Below are positions 49,381-62,377 of a stretch of 64,000 bases of DNA, in pieces. Below the pieces are notes generated by a model that did no database searches, was not told the origin of the DNA, and saw only the letters and a list, made by a program, of their open reading frames with translations. The DNA comes from Squalus acanthias (taxonomy: Eukaryota). The position numbers were made by a program, and so were the translations under genes. The stretch is from NCBI GenBank assembly GCA_030390025.1, contig CM059453.1:6572001-6636000 (forward strand), in the 5' to 3' direction. Positions within the stretch are counted from its first letter, which is position 1. Each line of letters begins with the position of its first letter.

Positions 49381-49784
49381 GAATATGCAGCAATGAAACA
49401 TAAGTGAAAGTAAACAGTTGTTAAACTGTTAGCGCGGATGGTCTTGAAACTGACAATAGTTTAAAACACCTGATGACATAAAATAAATCAAACATTGTAT
49501 TGAAATAAGCATTATCAGAATGGCGATCGTTGAGACAATCGGTTGCATGTTTTGATTTAAGTTCTCAAAGTGAAGTTCATTGGAATACAGTTGAGAGTGT
49601 GATTTTTTCATCAATGTAACTTTTCAATTTTTTTAATCTATTCTTTGAAAATAACAATTTTACAAACCATAGCTAGCATCGTCTCTCTCTGTTAATCTAC
49701 TGTAATCGATTGGCCCGCAGTATGAACCCTCACTAACGGGGATAAGGTTGCCAAAAAAGCTTGCAATGAAACACCAGAGACAAT

Positions 49785-50496
49785 GGCCCTGAATTTCCGT
49801 TCGGAGGCTTCCTGCGGGCGGAGGCCTCCGATCGGAAAAAAATCTACGAACTTACCTGCAGGTTCAGTAGATACCGAGGCTTGAGATCCTGGTCCTCTCC
49901 TCTTCGAAATGCGCAGAAGCCCACGTATCCCAGGGGCGCATTCGGTTCCCAAGCGCCCCTGCGATCTCGTGGGCCAGGCGAACCAATGGAAGAAGGGAAT
50001 CCCCCTTCATACCTTTTTGACAGTTGCGTCCGCAATGAACTGTCAAACGTATAAATGGGGATGACTACAAAAATGCGCCAACTCACTGAAATAAATAAAT
50101 AAAAATCATTACATTTATAACATTAATTAAAATGCCGTTTTATTAAATATTTTAAACAGAAATTTAATTTTTTGAAAAATGAAATTAAATGTTTTAAAGC
50201 AGCTAAATAAACCTTACATTATTGCAAATTTTTTTTAATATTTAAATGATTGTAAAAAATCATTGTAATGTTATTTTAAACTCTTAGCTAGTAAAATCAG
50301 GCCTGACGCCTGCTTTTACAAGGCGTAAGAATTCTATCGCCTTTCAGCGGGCGGAGGTTGAGCAAAAAGCGCAACTCTCCAGCCGCGGAGGCCCTTCTCC
50401 AGTGGATGCGGAGGATCCGGTATTAGCGCATGCGCTTCGTATGCCTGAACCCGGCACTTGCGCGGCCACTGCAGGTGCGTCGCCAAATTCGGCCCC
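49785..50496. mobile_element. PIF/Harbinger-like MITE
   Basis: TIR-like ends ggccctgaattt ... aaattcggcccc, AT-rich core, right end followed by taa. Confidence 0.65.
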
Positions 50497-50719
50497 TAAA
50501 CTTTACTTACTGGTGCGCCTAAAATCAGGTGCTTATTTAAAGAGATCCTTAAAGCAAAGTGCCTGTTTACATCATCGTATTGTCATATCTAAGGGTTAAA
50601 TAAAACATTTAAAACAACAAAATTATGTACATACACTGTATTAAATGAGTGTATGCAGACATCGGCCCGATTACAGCTTTAATAATGTATAAAATTATCA
50701 AAAAAATATTTTTTTATTA

Positions 50720-51488
50720 GCCCTGAATTTGCGGTCGGAGGAATACTTCCGGAGTACACCTCTCACCTGCGAAATATTTCCGAACGAAGCCCTTGGCTCC
50801 ACAGCTACGGAGAGTTCGGATGCTGGGATTCCCAGCGTCCGCCTGCTAAAAGCTAAAGGATCCCAGGGATGCAGACGGTCCGGAAACGTCACTGGGATCA
50901 CGTGGGCCGAGACCTCCAATCAGAATGAGGAATTCCATTGCAGTCATTTACGAAGGGAATCCGCAAATGATGTGCAAGTGAAGCCATAAATAATTAGACA
51001 ATTCAGACAAATCTAATAAATATAAATGTTCTGTTTTTCAAATTTATTTAAAAGTCCCTCAATCACACCAAATGCAAGAAAAAAATAATTTTCTGATAAA
51101 TATTTTTAAACATTTTAAGCTGGGCCAAATTTGCATAAACTAATTTTAATTGTTTGTGCAGCATTTTTTATTGTTAAATTTTTAAATCATGATTTATATT
51201 AACCGCTACGCTAGTGAAAGCAGACACTACCCATTCTTAAACAGCCATCAGTGTTTCGTGGGCAATTGTTGTGCAGTAGTTTGGCAAATAGCCCAACTGT
51301 GCGACAGCGAATATGATTTCTCTGTCAGTTCTTTCGAATTCTCAAGGCGTACCTGGACAGATCGCAAGTTCCTGATTTGCGCGCATGCGCAACACATGAG
51401 TAGACCCAAAATTTGCCGGGCCCAAACTGAAGGATTAGGATGGCATAGGCTGAGCGAATGCCGTCAAAGACACCATAAATTCTGGCCC
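50720..51488. mobile_element. PIF/Harbinger-like MITE
   Basis: tta|gccctgaatttgcgg ... cataaattctggccc. Confidence 0.65.
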
Positions 51489-51489
51489 A

Positions 51490-52040
51490 CTGAGTTTGGT
51501 GGAATGAAGGTAATTGTGATTAAAATTCCAATTCTGTTAACTGTATAAGTTTTACATTTCGGCATTCCCTTGCATATCATTAGCGGATTCCCTTCGTAAA
51601 TGACTGCAAAGGAAATCTCCTTTGTCATTGGAGGACCAAGCACATGTGATCCCAGGTAGCTTCCGCACTGCCTGTGCCCTTGGATCTGTGGGCCATTACA
51701 CTGCCCTCCGCCATGTGGCCCGAGACCGCAACTTTTCGCAGCCTGCCCGCCAACAGGTGATTTCGTCATTGTTTGGCGGGTCGGAAGCGCACACTGGAGG
51801 TACACCTCCAGCCTCAATTTCCAGCAAACCATTTATTTCGACGTATTTGGTTTCAGGCTTCATTTTGCATCTTGACAGAAAAAAATCACAGGATTTGGAA
51901 ATCTGTTTTCCGCTCACTCACGACAACAGGTGAGTTTCTGATTTTTTTTGAAGATTTAATTGGCTCCAATCAGCCTCCGCCCACATAGCCCATGCACCGA
52001 GGTGAAATTGCTGGAGGGTGTAATTACAGTTTGATCAGTT
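51490..52040. mobile_element. Inverted partial copy of the same MITE family
   Basis: 51570-51660 is the reverse complement of 50890-50980. Confidence 0.5.
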
Positions 52041-52861
52041 CACACAGACAGGTTCCAATAGAAATTAGGGCACAGGAACTTATCATGGGAAATGTTGACT
52101 GTAATTGCATTAGACGCATTTTTAAAAAAAAAATAGTATTCGATTTTCCCAGTCACTCGACGCGTGGAAGGTCAGAGAGTGCGGTCTCTATTCTGTGTCG
52201 CTGAAGACTACTCATTGCTATTTTGCTCCCTCTATTTCCTCTTTCGCTTCTGTCACTCTCTTGTTCACTCGTTCTCTGATCTCCTGTGCTTCTCACCAAT
52301 TAACTTTTCCCACTTTTGTCTCGCCCCCGACTGATTCTCTATATTTCTGTAACTTTCTTATTTCCTTTCAGTTTAATTCGTATTGCATGCTGCGATGCGG
52401 AAAGGAGTCACCAATGCTTGTATGATGGATTTGTCCTGTCAAATTCAGGGAAAATGCGGCAACGCCAGCTCCCTTCCCACCTGTTCCCCAATCATTTATG
52501 CTTCCCCAATTTCCTCAATCCAGTCCCATCGCCTACCCCGTCAAAGTCCCACTACTCCCTCACGTTTCTATAATTGCCACACGAATAGAATTACCCATTA
52601 CTCTGTCAAATTCCACTTGTTCCTTTGGTAACTGTCCCTTCATTAGAATAGTTTGTCATAAGGGTAAATGTCGGAGCTCCACCTCTTCAGCTTCTTTTCC
52701 GAGTCTCCTTTCCCTCACGTTCCTTTCCTCCTTTCCTCTTTCTTCCCCTCAAAGATGCATTGTTTGTATTCAAAATAAAACTTTTTTCTTATTCAAGGAA
52801 ATTACCTTGCAATATGGATATTAACCAGACAGACAGCAAATGATAGATACATAGGTAGAGG

Positions 52862-53060
52862 NNNNNNNNNNNNNNNNNNNNNNNNNNNNNNNNNNNNNNN
52901 NNNNNNNNNNNNNNNNNNNNNNNNNNNNNNNNNNNNNNNNNNNNNNNNNNNNNNNNNNNNNNNNNNNNNNNNNNNNNNNNNNNNNNNNNNNNNNNNNNNN
53001 NNNNNNNNNNNNNNNNNNNNNNNNNNNNNNNNNNNNNNNNNNNNNNNNNNNNNNNNNNNN
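52862..53060. other. Assembly gap (~200 N)
   Basis: Run of n characters. Confidence 1.
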
Positions 53061-53654
53061 ATATATCATCAAATATACACCGGCACAATAGTGAAGCTGT
53101 GGATTCCGTCTTTATTTGGTTAATATTAATGGACAGTCGAATTACAACGGCCGAGCTCTTGTTAATAATCTACAACGATGTCTTTTCAATGTGCTGTTCA
53201 GAATTCGTACGCTATTCTGACACAGTGACATCTCAACACTACTTTCTACCTTGTACCGTTTCTCAGATTGCCATTTTAAGTTTTGTATGTGTTTAACATT
53301 CGTAAGTTATTATCACACAGTATTAATCTGAGGCTAGTAAATTATTAATGCACAACTATCACACCATGCCATTTAAAATCAGGCCTGTATTTGTACATGG
53401 TCAAACAATATAATTTAAATACTGAAAATTTTCCATTTCTTATCATGCAAACAAAACTCGGTTAACCAACGAGAAGAATTACATCTGTGTCCCTTGAATT
53501 AAACTTTGAGCTCATTGATTCTCATTTTGACTATACATGAATCCCGGGACTGCTGCATGTTGGAAATGCAGAATCGGCAAAAAACTAACGCGGATATTGT
53601 CGATTATTATGAATGTCTTAATTCAGGAAAAGACTTGCTCTAATGTGCAATAAT

Positions 53655-54350
53655 TGCCCTTGGAGCTGTGCCTCCAGAGTACGCCTCCGACGTGTGAAAT
53701 AATTATGCACCTATCTGATGGCGGCGAGGCTGCGAAAACCTGCAGTCTCAGGATGCGAGGCGGAGGGCAGTGCAATGCCCTAAAGATCCCAGGGACGCAG
53801 GCGGTGTGGAAGTTTACCAGGGCTCACGTGGGTTGTTCCTACATTCAAAAAGCAGAATTCGATGTTATTCATTTCCGAATGGAATCTCGTGATGAGATGT
53901 AATAGAATCCCGAAATCTAATTTAATTACAATTTACAGAATTGGAATTTAGATCGTAATTTGCATCATTCCAGCAACCTCACTTAAAATGTAATTTATGA
54001 TAATTTTCAACATCTTTAAAGCTCTAATCTGGGCCAATATTTGTGGAAACTCACTTGATACAGTGTAGGTGTATAATTTACGATGTTAAAATGTTCCAAT
54101 CATGCCAGAAAAATCTTCTTACGCAGATGCAAACAGGCCCTTCACCTATCCGCATCCACCTTAACATTTCTGTGTGCAATTTCTGGCCAGCAATTGCTTT
54201 CTTTTGGTCTGTGCGGCTGGCCTGTCAACAGGTACGCTGACAGACCGCAAGTTCCAGAAAGCGCATGCAGAAATCCTGAACTTGCGGTTGGTTTCAAAGG
54301 AGGAATTGTACCGTACCCTACGCCGCCATACCGACTACAAAAACCGGTCC
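53655..54350. mobile_element. Diverged MITE copy
   Basis: Shares gatcccagggac..ag.cgg and acagaccgcaagttcc..gcgcatgc blocks with the 50720 copy. Confidence 0.5.
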
Positions 54351-54954
54351 AATATAGAATATTGTGGCTAAAGGGAACTGGGAGTGCAAAGTGAGATAAC
54401 GAAGTTCTACATCGCCTAACTTCAACAATTGACAACTAACTCAGTGAAATGCGATTGGATCTCTTTTTGTTGTTAGATATAAGAGTTTGTAATGGAGAGT
54501 TTGAGCAGTGCCATGGATAGGGAATGGTACAAATATCAAAACGGGTCAACTTTAATTCTTCCTTAAACGGACATTAATTCATGGGAGGCTGCAAAGGCAT
54601 TAAACTACTTAAACGTTAAACCTGTGCAGGAGAGCTGTTGAACTGCGACTGTTGAAAGCGTAACTGAGACAAGAGATGCACCGTGTGATGTGTGCAATGA
54701 CACCAGCAATGGTTCCTGAAATTTATCTCTAATTTGTATTCCCATTGAAATCGAAAAGGTTTGAAGACATACCGCATACCAGCCAAGCGTATTCGCTAAT
54801 GTATCCTATCTAGTAGTTTGCATTCATTAAAAACAGGAAAAATTACAGCTAAATGTAGCTGAAATCTAACGAAGAGGTTCGAATAGCTTATGTGTACATT
54901 AACACATACCCAACAATGACTTCGGGATTGGATTTTGATGTATTGTTTTGGGTG

Positions 54955-56887
54955 GTTTATATGTAGAATAACGGATACCCGGGAGTGAATTACAGGCTGG
55001 AATCTAAACAAGGGGTTCAGGGTTGTTATATATAGATTAACAGATACCTGGGAGTGAGTTACAGGCTGTAATCTAATCGAGGAGTTCGGGGCGCGGGTAG
55101 GGGTTATATATAGAGTAACAGATAACTGGGAGTTAATTACAGGCCGGAATATAATCGAGGGGTTTCAGTGTGTTTTGTATATAGAATAACAGATAACCGG
55201 GAGTGAGTTACAGGCTGGAATCAAATCGAGCGGTTCGGGGGAGGCTTTATATAAGAACATAAGAACATAAGAAAAAGGAGCAGGAGTAGGCCAATTGGCC
55301 CCTTGAGCCTGCTCCGCCATTCAATAAGATCATGGCTGATCTGATCCTAACCGCCAATCTACTATCACAGAACCATCTCCTGAACCTAACAGAATTGGAC
55401 ACACGAAATAGGAGCAGGATCAGGCTACACGGCCCCTGGGCCCGCTGCGCTACCCACAGGGCCATGGCCAATCCAAACCTACACTCATGTCCAAATTCCA
55501 GCCCGCTTTCCGTAACCCTTAATTCCCTTTACTTCTATGAAACTGTCTTTTCATGTTTTAAACTTATGTAATGATGTAGCTTCTACAGCTTTTCGGGGCA
55601 GCATATTTCATGGACCTACCACCCTCTGAGTGAAGTAGTTCCTTCTCATCTCAGTTTTGAAAGAGCAGCTCCTTATTCTAAGACTATGCCCCCTAGTTCT
55701 AGTTTCACCCATCATCGGGAACATCCTCCCCGCATCCACCCGATCCAAACCCTTCACAATCTTATATGTTTCAATAAGATCGCCTCTCATTCTTCTGAAC
55801 TCCAATGAGTAGAGTCCCAATCTACCCAACCTCTCCTCATATGTCCACCCCCTCATCCCCGGGATTAACCGAGTGAACCTTCTTTGTACTGACTCGAGAG
55901 CAAGTATGTATTTTCTTAAGTAAGGACACCAAAACTGTATGCAGTATTCCACTTGCGGTCTCACCAATACCTTGTACAACTGAAGCAAATACCTCCCTAT
56001 TTTTATATTCTATCCCCCTAGCAATGAAAGCCAACATTCCTTTGTCCGTCTTAATCACTTGCTGCACCTGCATACTAACCTTTAGAGTTTCGTGCACCAG
56101 GACCCCCAAATACCTTTGTACTTCAGTACTTTCCAATTTCTTGCTATTAATATAATAACTTGCTCTACTATTTTTCCTGCCAAAGTTCATAACCTCACAC
56201 TTTCCAGTATTGTATTCCATCTGCCAAATCTCTGCCCACTTACTTCGCCTGTCTATGTCCCCTTGCAGATTTTTTATGTCCTCCTCACTCACTACTTTCC
56301 CTCCCATCTTAGTTTCATCTGCAAACGTTGATATGTTACAGTCGGTCCCCTCCTCCAAATCGTTAATATAGATTGTAAACAGTTGGGGATCCAGCAATGA
56401 CCCCTGCGGAACACCACTAGTTACTGATTGCCAGTCTGAGAATGAACCATTTATCCCAACTCTCTGCCTTCTGTTAGATAGCCAATCCTCTATCCATGCC
56501 AGAATATTACCCCCAATCCCGTGATGTTTTATCTTAAGCAATAATATATGGAATAACAGATAACTGGGAGTGAGTTACAGACTGAAATCTAATCGAGGAG
56601 TTTCATTTTGGTTTGTATATGGAATAACAGATAGCCGGGAGAAAGTTACAGGCTGGAATCTAATCGAGGGGTTCGGGGGAGTGTTTATATATAAAATTAC
56701 CGATAGTGGGGAATGAGTTACAGACTGGAATATAATGGAGGTGTTTTGGTGGTGTATATACAGAATAACAGAAACCCGGGAGGGAGTTACAGAGTGGAAT
56801 CTAATCGAGGAGTCGGGGTGTATATATAGAATAACGGATACTCGGTGCGTCAGTTACAGGCTGGAATCAAATCGAGGGGTTCGGGTT
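54955..56887. repeat. ~65-75-bp minisatellite (atatagaataacagatacccgggagtgagttacaggctggaatctaatcgagggg) split by a CR1
   Basis: About 4 units at 54955-55250 and about 5 units at 56545-56887. Confidence 0.88.
55251..56544 (-). mobile_element. CR1 RT-to-3' fragment
   Basis: ORFs 55837-56541 (SGVPQGS, FADETK) and 55608-55988; (ataagaac)n reverse tail. Confidence 0.93.
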
Positions 56888-57935
56888 AATTATGTCCTAA
56901 TTGCCTCGCTGGATTATATCAGAGCTAACAAATGCGTTCTGAGGGTGAAGACTGCTCCAGGTTTAAGCTGGTCACATGCTTCAATCGCAGGTCTGTACAA
57001 GGTTGGCAGCTGCCACACTATTAATGGCATCGACGCTAAATGGAATGAAACAGCCAGTGATCCAATTCCTGATCACTTTCGAGTGTACCCTTCCCACCTG
57101 GTCACTGGGCCCGCATCTTGGCTGCGTAAGCCCAGGGTCAGGCACAACTGTGAGCACGGAGCCCACTGGCAGCCAGAGCGCTTGAGTTAATAATGTTACC
57201 ATGTGTTCTTTGTTTATCTGTACCACGTTTTCTTATTGGATCGGTACCACGTGTTCTTGGTGTATCTGTACCACGTTTACATTGTCTACCTGTAACCCGT
57301 TTTATTTCTGTATCTCTACCAAGTGTCCTCTTTTATATGCAGCACGTGTTGTTTCTGTTGCAAAGAGACGAGCGAATATGCAGCTATTAAATTTACATGA
57401 AAAGGACCAGAACATGGAGAGGACGTTTCTCTGAATCTCAAAATTTCAGTTTCATTGTCTAAACGAAAAAATTATAACAACGAAGAGATACGACAATTTT
57501 TTACAATCAAGATATTGGAAACGCTCGTTGTTCTTGCTTGCAGTTTTTGCCCCAATATTCTCCACTTCCAACTTGAACGCTTGCTGGAGTTCGATTTCTC
57601 TAATCTCTCGCTTAAACTGTTTTTTTGCAGATCCCTCCCTTCACTACGAGGTTTGTCCCGAGGCCCAATACCCCGGAGTCTGCTCCTGTCCTCACAGGAT
57701 ATCGAAAAGGCTACTTGCCGCACGGTTCACTGAACAGCGATAAATACTATGGAAGAAATCCCCCTCTCTGACCCGGGGCTCCGAGTCCATTTGGATTCCC
57801 TCACCCAAGATTGATCAATGAGAGACGTGATTACTTTCGGAACTGCATTGCTCAACTGCATCGGTTGAAGCCATTGAGAGCAATTGTGCGATGCAACGCA
57901 CTGCCACCCCCCGGATAACCTAAAGCTGATTATAT

Positions 57936-58696
57936 GGCCCAGAATTTTGACTCGGAGGCTTGCCGCGGGGTTAAGTATCGCGCGCGATCTTACCTACCCC
58001 GCCTGCCGTTGTGTTTCGGGCTCACACGAACTTCGGCTCTTGGGCCTCTCCCTGGTGCCGGCGCGCAGTGTGTGCGTGTCCCAGAGGCGCAGTTAGTTCG
58101 ATGCGACCTCTGGGATCACGTGGGACATGGAGAGCCAATGGCAGCAATCCATCTTTCATTCGTAGTTTTGACAGGAGAACTGTCAAAACTATGAATACAA
58201 ATTGCCCCCAATAGAACAGCAAAACCTCAAATATTTTTTTTCCCAAAAACAACACATTAATAAAATAAATATAGTTAAATAAATTTAGCACTTTAAACAA
58301 AATTTAAAATTTTGAATTTTTTTTAATTCTTTTTAAAAGTTAGAAAAATAAACTTACCTTTCTTTAAAGTCTCTAAAAAAGATAAACCTGTTGAAAAAAA
58401 AATAATACTTAATTAACTACTTACCTTGTTAAAAGAGGGTCTTCCGCCTGCTTTCTTCATGTGTAAAATCTTCCATGCTTACCTTCGCGTTGAAACCAGA
58501 AAAAAACCTAAGTGTGCTGCGTGCGCACAGTCTGTAGTGCGCACGCGGTTCACGTAGGAAACCGCCCCCGCTGCGCCATACCGGAAGTGCCGGTTTCCCG
58601 CGCATGCGCAGTGCATGCATGAAACCGGCACTTCGGGACCTAATACGCGAGAGTACACAGTTCGTACTCTCCCGTATTCAGCCGAATTTTTGGCCC
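57936..58696. mobile_element. PIF/Harbinger-like MITE
   Basis: ggcccagaatttt ... gaatttttggccc termini with an AT-rich core. Confidence 0.65.
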
Positions 58697-59116
58697 ATTA
58701 CCTAAGGAGGAAGCATCCGCGGACGAAGGAATGGGTAGGAACGGGGAACCGTGCACTCTGGTCTCCATAATGCTACATTTCCGAGTGTCCATCTGATAGA
58801 TACAGTTCAAGGGAGATCTGACGAACACTTCACAGCCTCCTCATCAGATTAGACATATTAAACACGCAATACACTGTTGGAAGGTTTGGACCAATCGGTG
58901 CAGTGCAGCCCATGTTGCCGCCTGTGAACACAAAAAAAATTCAAGCTACTGCCTTTGTGTTGACTATTGCCTGTTATTGAATCACTCCGAGCTGCTTCCA
59001 GCCATATTATGCAATGTATTAATAGACTATTAAACAGGAGAGCCAACTGGGTTATTAAAGCGCTTTCACTGTCAGGATGATTAGTAAACATTTTTTGGGC
59101 AAATTGCAGGCCCACA

Positions 59117-59500
59117 TAGTGGTTGTGTTAATGGATTAGTAAACCAGAGGCCTGGACTAATGATCCGGAGACATGAGTTGAAATCCACCACGGCAGCTGG
59201 GGGAATTTAAATTCAGTTAATTAAATAAATCTGGAATAGAAAGCTAGTATCAGTAATGCTGACCATGAAACTACCAGATTGTCGGAAAAACCCAACTCGT
59301 TCACTATTATCCTTCAGGGAAGGAAATCTGCCGTCCTTACCCGGTCTGGCCTACATGTAACTCCCGAAGCAGAGCAATGTTGTTAACTCTTAACTGCACT
59401 CTGAAATGGCCGAGCAAGCCAGTCAGTTAACGGCAATTAGGGTAGGCAATAAATGCTGGCTTTGGAAGCGAAGCCCACATCCCGTGAAAGAATAAACAAA
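59117..59500 (+). mobile_element. HE1-type V-SINE (elasmobranch)
   Basis: tRNA-like head, V-domain-like core (ccttcagggaaggaaatctgccgtccttacccggtctggcctacatg) and HER1-shared tail (ggcaataaatgctggc...cccacatcccgtgaa). Confidence 0.78.
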
Positions 59501-60549
59501 GTGAAGCTGGGGGAGGGCAGTAAATGGTGGCTTTGCCAGCGTCGCTCACACCTGAGAGCTATTTGAAAAAGGCCCCTGCATTTTCCCCAGGGCTAATTTT
59601 CGAATGTTTACCCATTCTGAACATCTTGATTCTTCTTGAAATATGATTCCCGCCGATAGCTCTCAAATGATCAGACCTAAGCTTTCAATCATCAAAGCGA
59701 GTGGCGGCTGGATTTTTAACAGGAGCGGTAGCCCTGACTGAACTTGAAGTGCTGAGCCCAGTTGAGCTAGAGAGCGGACAGACTTATTGCTGAATTGGTC
59801 CTTGGTTTTTCAGACGGTTGGACAATCAAAAATCGCAATTTAAATTGCAGTTTGTTGTAATTTCTCTGATTCCTCCTGAAAGCCGAGCTCTTGCTTGTGC
59901 CATGATCTGTTTGGATGAAGGGTTCGCAATCCAACAGCGCCACAGAATGGCAGGCAGACAGCATTACATAGGCGATTTGTCACTGCATCATCAGACACAT
60001 CTGAGTCCAACAGGGGCTTAAATCCTGCATCTTGCGCAGACAAACTGTTAGTTTACCTCACTCTCCCCAACATAGACTGTTTAAGTATGTACAGGTGCGT
60101 TGACCGATGCAGATGTGGTTGGAGAATGTGCTCTGCTTGAAGAGATGCACTTGCTTCCTTTGTCCATTAGATGTCGTGCGCCGTGATCTGGTCGCTTTGC
60201 GCACATCCTTTCGATGGAAGGAAAAGCGACAAAGGACATTTGAACCACTTTGCAGAGAAAGCACAGGAAGCTTCATTTAGCTGAGTGGAATCTGAACCGG
60301 AAAACGTAGTGACGCTTGCAAAGGTCCCGTTGGAATGCCTGTTCGTATTAGCCACACATCCTGTGTGTATTAGGTTGAATTATATTTAAGGGTGGCGATT
60401 TACCATGGTGACTCTTTGCTTCACTTCATGCTTATTATCTGGTTGCCGTTTGAACAGAGTCATTTTATGGCAATCAGCGTGCTTTGTTAATTTAACTGGG
60501 ACTTTGGAATGTGTTACACTGTGACGGCAAATAAGTTAATGTAAAAAAA

Positions 60550-61090
60550 AATACAAAATCAAATAATTGCGGATCCTGGAAATCTGAAAAAAAAACAGAA
60601 AACACTGGAAATACTCAGCAGCTCAGGCAGCATCCGTGGAGAGAGAAACAGAGTTAACGTTTCAGGTCGGTGAATTTTCATGAGAACTGGAAGAGATTAG
60701 AGATGTAACAGGTTTTAAGCAAGTGCAGAGGCAGGGAAAGGGGGAGGGGAGGAAACAACAAGAGGGAAGTTCTTTGATAGGGTGGAAGGCAGTACAGATT
60801 AAATGACAATAACGATGATGGTGCGAGGTGAAAGTTTGGTATGGGACAAGTAAATAAACAAAAGATGGATTTGGAGGAGATGTAAATGGGAATAGCAGAA
60901 TCATCATCATCAGCTTCCGTCCGAAAAAATGCGGGCAGAGATTATGAACTGAAATTGTGGAACTCAATGTTAAGTCCCGAAGGTTGTAAAGTGCCTAATC
61001 GAAAGATGAGGTACTGTTCCTCGAGCTTCCATTGAGCTTCATTGGAACAATGTAGGATACGGAGGAAAGAGCGGTCAGAGTGGGAATGGG
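60550..61090 (-). mobile_element. Penelope-like element 3' end
   Basis: Reverse of KLEEQYLIFRLGTLQPSGLNIEF and of the terminal motif seen at 29340-29741. Confidence 0.72.
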
Positions 61091-61619
61091 GAGCTGAATT
61101 AAAGTGTGTTTCTTACTTTACAAACCGGTAGGGAATGCAATGAGAGTAATGCAAGGAACAAGAGTTCAAATCCAAACATGGCACTTTGAGTATGTGAATG
61201 CAGGTTTTACAAATCTGCACTTAAAAAATCTGGAACCTCAGAGAGTGACATTGTAGCTGTCGAATGCCACTCAGTCGAATCAAATTCTGTGCGGCCATGG
61301 ATGAGAATGAAATACATCCTTTGCCATCGTACGTCTAGGTAGCGTGTCGAAAAATATTCTAATCATGAAGCTCAAGTTGAATTACTCGCAGACACACCTC
61401 TTCATAATTCCTTCCTTTCAGAAGGATACCGATGGAATCAAAATAAATAGAAAGTTTAGCTGCTGTAGTGAAGGGAACTGGTGGAAGTTGACTGGAACAT
61501 GCAGGTTTATTACACTGGGCTGGGAGAGTGTGCAAATCTAACCCCACAACCGACATAGAGAGGCAACGGTATCCGGCAGGGCTATTTAACAACAAAATAG
61601 GGAGGGGACCCCTCCAGAG

Positions 61620-62356
61620 ACTTGAGCACAAAAATCTAGGCTGACAGTCCAGTGCAGTACTGAGGGAGCGCTGCACTGTCGGAGGGGCAGTACTGAGGGA
61701 CTGCTACACTGTCGGAGGGGCAGTACTGAGGGAGCGCCGCACTGTCGGAGGGGCAGCACTGAGGGAGTGCCGCTATGTCGGAGGGGAAGTACTGAGGAAG
61801 CGCAGCACTATTGGAGGGACACTAATGGGGGAGCGCTGCACTGTGGGAGGGGAAATACTGAGGGAGCGTGGCATTTTCGGAGCACTGTACTGATGGAGCG
61901 CTACACTATTGGAAGGGCATTACTGAGGGGGTGCTGCATTGTCGCAGGTCCAATACTGAGGGAGCGCCGCGCTGTCCGAGGAGCATTACTGAGGGAGCGC
62001 AGCACTGTCGGAGGGGCAGTACTGAGGGAGTGCTGCACTGTCGGAGCTGCCGTCTTTCGGATGAGACGTTAAAGCAAGGCCCTGTCTTCCCTGCAGGTGA
62101 ACGTAAAAGATGCCATTGCCACTATTTCGAAGAAGAGCAGAGAATTTTCCCCGGTGTTATTGAACAATATTTATCACTCAATCAACATAACAAAAACAGA
62201 TGATCGGGTCATTATCAAATTGCTGTTTTTGGGAACTTGCTGTGCACAAATTGGCGGCCACGTTTCCTACATTACGCCAGCGACCACACTTCAAATGTAC
62301 TTCATTGGCTGTAAATCACATTGGGACGTCCTAAAAGGCGCTATAGAAATGCAAGT
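61620..62356 (+). mobile_element. SacSINE1/DeuSINE-like SINE with internal minisatellite expansion
   Basis: SINE core and tail at 62050-62356; 5' part amplified into tandem 33-mers. Confidence 0.8.
61655..62046. repeat. 33-bp minisatellite, ~12 copies (cagtactgagggagcgctgcactgtcggagggg)
   Basis: Unit starts at 61655, 61688, 61721 ... 62017. Confidence 0.92.
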
Positions 62357-62377
62357 GGGATCAGATGATTTGTTTTA

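Noticed and set aside
54955-56887. ~67-bp periodic repeats around an RT ORF, resembling a CRISPR/retron-type system
   Set aside because: An ordinary minisatellite interrupted by a truncated CR1 whose RT is frameshifted.
56735-57190. 151-aa ORF
   Set aside because: Starts inside the minisatellite; the remainder has no recognisable domain or splice context.
60058-60360. Minus-strand ORFs as further pseudogene exons
   Set aside because: No Ig, TM or tyrosine-motif signature, weak splice sites, and they lie beyond the terminal exon remnant.
61655-62046. Regular 33-bp repeats resembling a CRISPR array
   Set aside because: No unique spacers, vertebrate context, and the unit derives from a SINE.
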